Assembly (NCBI GenBank): GCA_047495785.1
Contig: JBLDXI010000033.1
Location: 868,001-932,000, forward strand
Source of the DNA: Lepidodermella squamata
Taxonomy: Eukaryota; Animalia; Gastrotricha
Length of the DNA: 64,000 nt
Direction: 5' to 3'
Part shown: one piece after another, positions 55,568-64,000 of the stretch
Position numbering within the stretch: position 1 is the stretch's first letter
Layout: each line of letters opens with the position of its first letter
Notes under the pieces: model-generated
The model's input: the letters and a program-made list of their open reading frames with translations, nothing else
Told to the model about the DNA's origin: nothing
Databases searched by the model: none
Position numbers and translations under genes: made by a program

Positions 55568-57411
55568 ATGAGGTTTAAGTTTTCGTCAATTTTGCTCGGC
55601 TTAGTATTTATTACTAGCCCTTGTAGCTCTGATTATCCGACCGATGAAGAAGTTGCCTATGCTAACAACTGGCTCAACCTCGGTTATGGTCACTACTTTT
55701 ATACAGTCATATTAACTGGAAAGTATTCCGAGAGCATATCAGATCTTGACAAAATCACCGGATGCAGTGAAGCTTTTCAAAGTTATCTCTCCGAGAACAG
55801 GTACAAATTGATAGCAGTTCCTCCGAGCCGACCAACCTTCATAGGAATGGGTGTTTATTTGAGCGTATGTTTTTCAAGAATTTCCACAATCATAATCTAA
55901 GCATTGTTTAATGCAGAATTTGGACGACGTTTCCGATACTGATCAAACAGTCACACTGACAGCAATTTTCACTATGAAGTGGGCTAGATACTAGATATTA
56001 TGTGTTGTCATTGTTTATGTTGATATTTCTATCAATTTTTCAGGTGGCTTGACACCCGAATTTCATTCAAAGCCGGCCCCGACTGCGTGAATTATACCTA
56101 CGTCCTGCCTAATCTTCAGAGCATTTGGTTCAGCCCGATAACCATCGAAAACAGCGCAACCGATCAAGTAATTATGCCAGTTATTTGGGAAAAATGTATT
56201 GGTACTTGGCACTGATTGTGGTTACATCACTAATGTCACTATTTATAGTTCCAGCCTATGTCACTGAGACCGGTTTCATTGAAAGCCGATTCGTTCTGAA
56301 GCTTCATGTCAGGTTTATTTTTTGAGCCGACTTTGAGCTAACCTTAATAATTATCCTTTTCAAGCTGTGACATGGACCTGAAGTTATATCCCCGAGACTG
56401 GCAAAATTGCGCAATAAATATGAGGTAAAATTTGATTCGGCCATTATCCAAAGAAGTAATAATTCATTTTTCAACAGGATGCCCTATCTTATAAACGAGG
56501 TGATAATTTTGCCATACGCTCCAAATACCATGTTGTTTTTCTGGTCCGATGATATCAACCATCCGACTTGGGAAATTACTGGCCAAATGGTACAGCAGGT
56601 CCCGCCGACAGCTGGGATGAAGATCATGTTTCGGATGGAAAGGAAACCAGGATACACCAATTTGTAAAATAAATTTCTCAGGCTAGTTTTGTAAATTGCT
56701 ATGGCAAATTCGTTCACCCAGGGTAATCATGGCTCCGACTGTAATCATCAGCTTGGGAACGGTAATTTTAAACTTCAATATCAGCGCATTCTAAATCGGA
56801 TGAATTCCATTAGATTCTACCTTTTATAGAGCCTTACGATGCTGGAGACAAAGTAAGTTCCTTTTCCAACTTTTTGCAGCAATCAGTCATTTTGTTGCCA
56901 GATGGGCACAATGCTGACTATGCTACTTGCATATTTCCTGGTCCTGTTAACTGTAGTCAGCACCACTCCACAGACTTCAGAGAACATACCACTATTAATG
57001 GAATTTTTCGTCATAATTCTTGCGATTGGTAAATATCCCATTAAAAATAACCGCAGGTTAAACTGTTTACTGTTTATTTTGCAAGGAATGCTCGGCGCTT
57101 TCGCCTGTGCAATTATCTGTCGACTTGCTGCTAGCAGGCCTCCAACCAAGAAGAAATCTGTGAGTTATCAATACTACATGTGCCCACCGCTGAATCTTAA
57201 AACCCTCAACAACGTCTGTCTCGTCCTGTAAGGGAATTATTCATTTCGATGACCAATTCGCATTTTTCCATCTTTTAGGTACTGTTTGACTCTTGGATCG
57301 GCTTACATTTACCTTTTCGCATCTATGGAAAGCATCAGAAGTTCGATGTTGGCTGAAGACGCGAAAAAGTACAACTACACCCCTATCTACGTTTCTACTG
57401 GAAATGGATAA
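55568..57411 (+). CDS. Cys-loop ligand-gated ion channel subunit (divergent nAChR/5-HT3-like), multi-exon, LGIC1
   Basis: Signal peptide; spliced DQTVTL..KWLDTRI, CDMDLKLYPRDWQNC Cys-loop, MERKPG, AGDK-M2, PQTSENIPL, M4; stop TAA 57409-57411. Some splice sites are ambiguous. Confidence 0.85.
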
Positions 57412-57513
57412 AGCCCGAAATTATTACGCTTTTATTTGCCTTTCAAGTTGAAAGTAACTATGCCGGAGCTCAGCTTCGATGCCGTATAAAAGCTATAAAA
57501 ATCACTGACGAAT

Positions 57514-58137
57514 TCAAGTTATCTTGATTTGCCCATCCATAATGCCTTTCGCTAGGGTCTGCGCCCAAACGAAGAAAGAACGCCGCTGTTGGCAAATATC
57601 AGCTGATTTGAACACATTCATGCAAGCATCGAGTCGCTGCTTCTGCTGCAGTCGATAGAAAAATCGGGCCAGGGTGTATAGGCGTTTGGTCAAAATCGCG
57701 CCAATATTGTTGCAAGTTATTCTTGGCCTTCGAGGCGCTATTTTCGCCCTCATTAGACCACTGGGGAGAAAATTGTCGCTTGGTAGAGGCTCCTCGGATG
57801 ATTTTACAGTGTCGACCGCCAATAACGGCTCTGATGGCGGAGATTGTTTCAGTTGCTTCTGGCGTTCGCAGTATTGGTTGATTTCGACAGAGCTCATGAA
57901 TTCATGTTTCAGCAGGCCTAACACTGCTTCGTTCACCTTAGCTAGAGACATTGAAAAGGTAACTTACTGAAACAAAAGCGAAGGTTCAATTTACTCACCG
58001 AGTGATGCAGGTTGTTCGTTGGTTGATCGAGCCTTTGGGGTTTGAACCAGTTGTGATCTAAGCTTTGTCCTAGCGTAGCATGCGGACCATGTTGCTATGA
58101 CCCAGAGACCAGTAACTAACGAATTCGTGGGTTTCAT
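57514..58137 (-). CDS. Secreted 4-Cys protein, family B (B3), 2 exons
   Basis: Exon 1 (not in ORF track) MKPTNSLVTGLWVIATWSACYA.., phase-1 intron 57998-57942, ends CMNVFKSADIC..FFVWAQTLAKGIMDG. Confidence 0.8.
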
Positions 58138-58602
58138 TTATAGCTTTAAATCGACTTCGCAGGTAGCTGAAAATGCAAAAAACACAGATCATCAACTGAC
58201 AACAACAACTCTTAAGACAAAATCAAAACGTATTTCTGGTTCTGAATAGCTGCGGGGATGTTATTGTTTTCAGTCGAATTCATGTAATGCCTCTGTACTT
58301 GTGTATGTGATATCTGGGAGGAGTTGAGCGTTGATCAATTTCAGAATTTCAAGTGCTGCTGCTTAAAAGAAAACGTGGCTAACCGCCCACTGAGATTCGA
58401 ACATCGTTTCCTGAAATTGATCAAAACAGACTGCCAATAGATAGGAGGTGAAGTGAAAGCTTCCGCCTGAAAACAGCTCGTTACGGGGGATTTGTAACAA
58501 AATAATCGACTGGAGAAGGGAGGAGCACTTCCGAGCGCTGCGACCTAGGACGTTTATGATTTTGGATAACATGAGTCTTTATTGCCTCGTAAGCAATTGC
58601 TT

Positions 58603-60462
58603 TTAATATAATGATATGTATGAATCAGCGCTCAGAGTCGGATTGAGTTCATCATCGTTAAAGAGCTGGACTGTCGTATAATTGAATTTCTTTGCGTTTT
58701 CCGCTTTCAGAGCTGCAATGTTGTATTCCAGGCTGACTGCTAGATATATGTAGGCGCTTACCACGGAAATTACGTATCTAATATTGTTGACCAAAAGTCA
58801 AACAAATAGTCCGAAATGACGGTACTTAACTCACAGAATAAGCGTCACGTCATTCAGTAGACTGGCAGTGATACAAGGGAATAGCTGAAGGCAGACATTT
58901 TGCTGGATAGACCCACGCTTTGCTTTTGCCATTGCTTCTTCGTGGCTATTCAGCCTTAAAATGAGGGCACACATCACGGCGCCAGCCATGCCCACACCAA
59001 TGAGGGCAACAAAGAATATCATAAGTATGGGAATCGAATCGGAAGTTTGCGGGGTTGAATCCATCATCGTAAGCAGCACTACATGGAAAAATAAAGGAAA
59101 ACTTCAGCATCTAGAAATAAATTCCCGCTCACTCAAAAAATAGGCCAATAAACTCGTTAACATTGTAGCCATCTGAAAGGTTTCAATCAGCATCCAGAAT
59201 GTTCAGTCTGAGATGACTAACCTTTTCTCCAGCGTCTTTGCTAAGGACGAAAGTTAGGACCTTTGAATAAGTCATTAAAAATGTGTTTGAATCTAACTTT
59301 GCAACGTACCGTCGCTAAACTAATAAAACAAGTTGGCAGTAGAAGGGTCCAAATGAAAAAACTCGACTTCCTCTCCATACGGAACCAAAAACGTAGCCCA
59401 GGTGTATTGGAATCTTTCTTATAATCAGTCGGCACTGCGGATTGCCCTGTTATGCTCCAGATCGGATGATTGCCACTGTCGTCATCCCAAAGAGTCAGAG
59501 CTGAATCTAATGACGGAACAAAGTACTGCAGTTGGTTCATTCGCAGCCCGTTCGAGCGAACCGTTAGATGACAGTTCTGCACGTCGTATGGATAGGCCAA
59601 GAGCACCTGATAAGTACAAATTACGCCAAGAACTTCCCTCAGGAAAGTTTAACCAACCATGTCACAACTGAGAAACAGAGTTCACGCTAAATTTGCAGGG
59701 AAGTTGAAACTTAAGCCTTACTTTAAGACAAGTCGTAAGCCAACACGCCAGATAACGACGCCATTGTAAACCAAGGCAGGAAATCTGAGGTTTAAAACGA
59801 GAGTTGAACAAATTTGACGAAAAGTATAAATTCCTAATAATTGTACTTCTCCCAGGCTTCGTAGTATATGACTCTTTCAGCAGAATTGTCGATCATGAAT
59901 GACGGAAACCATATTGTTCGTAGATCTGGTATTGGAAGAGCCACCCAACGGCACATTTCTTTCCCGCAGGCCTCATCGAGACGGCGATCAAGCCACCTGA
60001 ACTCAATCATGACGGTTATCGTGACAGTTTGGTCTCGGTCGTTCATTCCATTCAAGTTCTAAAGATACATATTATTTATGAGTAATACATATTATGATAG
60101 ATTGGTGTCTTTGCTTTCTATACCGTGATAGCCACTCTGGCAGAAATCGATGCCGGTTGCGTAGGGGGCTGCAGAATGGCATATTTATTCATTGGATCCT
60201 GGATCCATGTCAGTAAGATTGTGCCGCATCTTTTATAGGTTTGCAGAAACGTGGATTCATTGTCTGGATTGGTGTAAACTGACATTTCATTTGGGAAGAA
60301 ACCACGATTAAAAAAGTCCAAATAGCCGTCCGTTGAGTCTGGGCCATAGGCATATGGATCATCGGGAATGATTACACCATTTCCATCATCTATAATAGTC
60401 CCGTTATCCAAAACTGTAGCCGAAGCAATTGACAACACGAAAAACCAGGAGAAGATGAGCAT
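58603..60462 (-). CDS. Cys-loop ligand-gated ion channel subunit, paralog LGIC2, multi-exon
   Basis: ATG 60462 signal peptide; DQTVTI..RWLDRRL, IWFP, CDM|VLLAYPYDVQNC, MERK, AGEK-M2, PQTSDSIPIL. Confidence 0.85.
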
Positions 60463-60962
60463 TTTCGCTCGAATGAATAAAATCTCGAAAATTGACGTTA
60501 AGGCAACAACAAGCCTTAAAACTGACTTTATTTGATCAGATGCTAACCCTCCCACCCAATGGAGCCGCAAAACTCAATTGCTCATTTCTTGCGCCGCATC
60601 TTCTAAGTTCATGCAATATTTGTTTTGGCTTTAATTCGTGGTGTTGCCTTCAGAATGCTCAGAAAACGGTCACTAGATATTTCTCATGCCATCCTCATGT
60701 CGTTTAAGCGCGATTGAATGAATCACATTACCCGTGAGCATATTTACATTCCATAGGTACGCTGGTTGAAATTTTATGTCGTGTTTTATTTCTGTATCTC
60801 AATATCGCAAGTTGTTAAGCTGATTGGTTTTTATCATCAAGTTTCAAGCGTAGACGACTCACGTAAATGAAAAGCGTAGGTTTGAGCAGATACGCGTCTT
60901 AAAGAAAGAAAGTGAGAGAAAACTTAACAGCAGGGTTGCATTTCATTTTAAAAATTTATATA

Positions 60963-61538
60963 ATGCTGCTGTTAATACTCGTCTCATTGCCTTTATTTAG
61001 CTGCGCTGAAGAGATTAAGGGTTTCAAGAAACTGCCTGGTATCCTAAGGACAGCCCAATCTTGGTTACCGAAAATATCAGCATTAGAACGTGAGGTTCCT
61101 AATTTTATATTAACTTCAAGGCAAAGTTTCTTTATTCCAGACGATGATTCTGCCGCAAACATGTTGAAAAAAGAGCTTGCGGCAGCGGGGAATATAATCA
61201 AAGTGTGCGGGACGTCAAATCGTTTGGCGAGTAGAATGGCAAACAGACCGAAGCGACTGCAAACAGACACCGCTAAGGATCCCGTCGTGATATACGAGAA
61301 AACAACTTATGATCCAGTCGCGCGTCTAACCAAAATGTGCTCGAATATGTCTGCGCTTCTAGGCAGGCGCATGAAGGTGATTTTCAGTCTGATCCAGGGG
61401 ATTCAACAACGCCAACGTATGGAAAAGTGCATGGAAATATTCAGTTCCGCGGATATTTGCAATCAGCGCCAATCGTTTTTCGTCTGGGCGCAGGTTGTAG
61501 CTAAGGATATCCTCAACGGCAATATCGAGTCGCTCTGA
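60963..61538 (+). CDS. Secreted 4-Cys protein, family B (B4)
   Basis: ATG 60963 signal peptide; probable in-frame phase-1 intron 61090-61140; ends CMEIFSSADIC..FFVWAQVVAKDILNG. Confidence 0.8.
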   Translation: MLLLILVSLPLFSCAEEIKGFKKLPGILRTAQSWLPKISALEREVPNFILTSRQSFFIPDDDSAANMLKKELAAAGNIIKVCGTSNRLASRMANRPKRLQTDTAKDPVVIYEKTTYDPVARLTKMCSNMSALLGRRMKVIFSLIQGIQQRQRMEKCMEIFSSADICNQRQSFFVWAQVVAKDILNGNIESL

Positions 61539-62232
61539 GATACACACGAGTTCACAAAGCTTACTATTTTTTTGGCAATTTTGACTAATACCTATGCTTT
61601 GATGTTATAGTGGTTAGTGATGACTCAAACTAGAATTGCTTCTGAATCTCCCGATTTTACGAGCTAGCCATCTTCGGCTGTAGATTGAAACTTGAAACGT
61701 GTATAAGATTTGATTAAGTAAATCGCGCTTTTTAGTGTCACATCTCATTGAATTGCGTGCATGTGCGTGATGGGCATAAACACGCCCATCAAATATCGAA
61801 CCTAATTAGGGATCGAAGAATCGGAACCGGTTGAACGTCATGTCACTCGCTTTGTTAATTTTTGTCGTTGGATGAAATCATTGATTGCCAGGTCATTGAA
61901 TACCTGAGTCTGAATTTTTATGACACATTTCACGCTCAGTGCGCGTATTGCGGAGGAAGGTTTGGCTTGAACGAATTTCACGGTTATTAATGCGCCGAAG
62001 TGTGTAGCCGACATTGTAGATCGCACAGGATGATTTAACTGTGAAAAGTATACTTTTCGACTCAGCAATTTGTCTATGATAGAACGCGAATTTGTCCGCA
62101 TCAATGAACCATGTCGCGAATAAATAGCGCATGTCTCAGTAATTGAGGAAAAGACACTTCAACAGGATATTTAAACGCACTTCGTGTTGAGAATCGCAAT
62201 ACATTTCGAATTCTCAGCAAGCTACTAGAATA

Positions 62233-63075
62233 ATGCACGAGAGGGGCAATTTCACGGACTTGAAGAAAATTGTTGCATCATGCAGGCGAGCATCAGCGGC
62301 CCTAATTTCGTCAACTTCCCCTCTTTTAAGCCGACCAAACGGAAAGTCGAGAAAGCATCCGCATGAGAACCACTTTCACACCTGCGAGGTGCAGATCCTG
62401 CGATCAACCTTTGATCACGTGAAGCAAATGGAGACTTTCCCTTGGGAGGTTCAAGACAGGTATGAATAAAAATATAGTAGTCCACTTTAAAATCAAAACA
62501 TCCCTTATTTTGACAGCTTAGCAACTTCAAATCATGCCGAGATCGTTGCCAAGTGTTACAGATTTCAGAGTCGGCTCGTCGAGCTGCAAATGGATGCGGA
62601 AAATATGAATTTAGCAACTATTATGATCAGCGTCCTCGAGCGATGCTTGGCTAAAATTCACAACCCAGCTAGCCTTGATGATGAAATCAATCAGATAATC
62701 ACCCTTCATCGAGTTCTGGGCATTCATCCCAGGCTGACAGCTGCTATTCTCGAGGAAATCAAGCCTGTTGTATCGGCGCATCTAATATATGGCCACCTGT
62801 GTATAGTTAAGGAGGAGAGTGAGCGTCGCCGGTCGTCCTACGCCGGAAAATATGTAGCACGCCAGCCTGTGGGCAGAACCAACTCGAACAACCACGCGAA
62901 AGATATATTCAGCAAGATATTGCATTTTCGTCATCAAGAGAAGCCATCAAGTTGTCCGAACCTTCGCCAAGAATGTCTTACTTGCCGCACGTGGGATCGA
63001 TTCTTTGAATGCCTTATCAAGCGCTTCATAAAACCAACGGCGGAATGCAAAGGCAATAAGCCGCTCCTCTTTTAA
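62233..63075 (+). CDS. Divergent globin-like protein (2 exons)
   Basis: A-helix-like EVQILRSTFDHVK; phase-2 intron 62460-62516 at about the B12.2 position; F-helix IITLHRVLGI (candidate His F8); H-helix TWDRFFECL. Confidence 0.55.
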
Positions 63076-63456
63076 AATGACTGAAAACGCACTCGTACTA
63101 CGTCATTTAGGCTACGATTCTTTCACCTCTCATTTTTTTCATTGAAATTCTATTCGTAAAAAGTAGCAATGCTCTATGAGCTATACATGGACCGTTGTAG
63201 CACTATAGATGAACCAATAAATCACATTGATTTAACGATTGAAGGATTTTAGTAGCCGGCGGGTCTCGCATTAAATTTGCATCGGATTCGCTCAGTTTCT
63301 ATCAGACACCTTAGAATAATAAAGAAGGTCGCATCTATTGGTTACAAGCCCGTTGATCGATTACGCCAGCCTCGCTGTGTTTTTTTCGCCTATTACAAAG
63401 AAACTTGCAGAAGGTGAAAAAACGAGCTGCACTTCGCCTGGCCTAGCAAATAGAAC

Positions 63457-64000
63457 ATGGCTTCCCGCGCCGAGTCCGAGGGCGGAGTAAGTGTCGCTGC
63501 GTCAGGTAAACCCCACAGTGAAGCTCCTTCGAACGTCAGTTCATTGCCTTCGATTGTCAAATCAATACACGGCCCTGGGGTCCGTTATTACTATCTAAGT
63601 GGTCAAAAGAAATACGACGATCGATTTTGGGATACCAAAGCAAATCTCGATCTTTACAACTGGCAGTTTCACAGAAATCGAGTTAAGCTTCGTAAGTTTA
63701 CTTTTAGAGTGATGTCCAGCTTAACACCATTTGTTTTCAGAGGGTAGTCACGTAGATGCAGATCTTCCAGCAGAATTTGTTAGGCAAGTTGAAATATTGG
63801 CTGATAGGGCGAAGCGAAAGAAGGCATTCGAGGAGAAGGAGATCGAAGAGAAAAATAAACTGCTTGCCGTATACAAACAGGGAGTCTCTCCTGATCCTTA
63901 CGCTTACAAATTGGAGCCGATTGTAGAGGCTAGGAGATCCTTCTAGTAAGGATTAATTTCGTCGGATGCATCTCTTACCTCTTTTGTTTTTCGTTCCCAT
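63457..64000 (+). CDS. CFAP97-domain-like protein, paralog 4 (probably continues past the right edge)
   Basis: YYYLSGQKKYDDRFWDTKANLDLYNWQFHRNRV matches paralog 1; phase-1 intron at about 63692-63740; another donor GTAAGG near 63946. Confidence 0.6.

Noticed and set aside
1-64000. CRISPR arrays, tRNA/rRNA genes, bacterial operons
   Set aside because: None seen by eye; spliceosomal introns show the DNA is eukaryotic. A covariance-model scan is needed to exclude small RNAs.

Overview
Gene-dense eukaryotic DNA, most likely from an invertebrate animal with a compact genome: standard code, tiny introns of about 50-60 bp, short intergenic spaces, and no prokaryotic features. Several locally expanded families are interleaved. 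(1) Eight MARCH-like RING-CH/2TM E3 ligase genes, one cut by the left edge and absent from the ORF track. All nine RING-CH domains lack the E2-binding Trp. (2) Seven intronless GABA-B-like class C GPCRs plus one pseudogene; they have little or no C-terminal tail and one appears chimeric. (3) Eight small secreted four-cysteine helical proteins in two subfamilies (A and B) that I do not recognise and that appear distantly related to each other. (4) Two divergent Cys-loop channel subunits. (5) Four CFAP97-domain-like ciliary genes, three with X-box-like motifs. Single-copy genes: a class III-like ADH, a NEK-type kinase-ankyrin fusion, a DUF268 methyltransferase-like gene, a 17beta-HSD/KAR-like SDR, a claudin-like gene and a divergent globin. 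Mobile DNA: a hAT MITE, a Tc1/mariner MITE and a LINE RT fragment inside a 104-bp direct repeat. The best candidate for an undescribed system is a physically linked secreted-ligand / class C receptor / atypical MARCH ligase locus. The linkage and sequence features are seen directly; the functional coupling is inference. All assignments are by eye, with no database searches.
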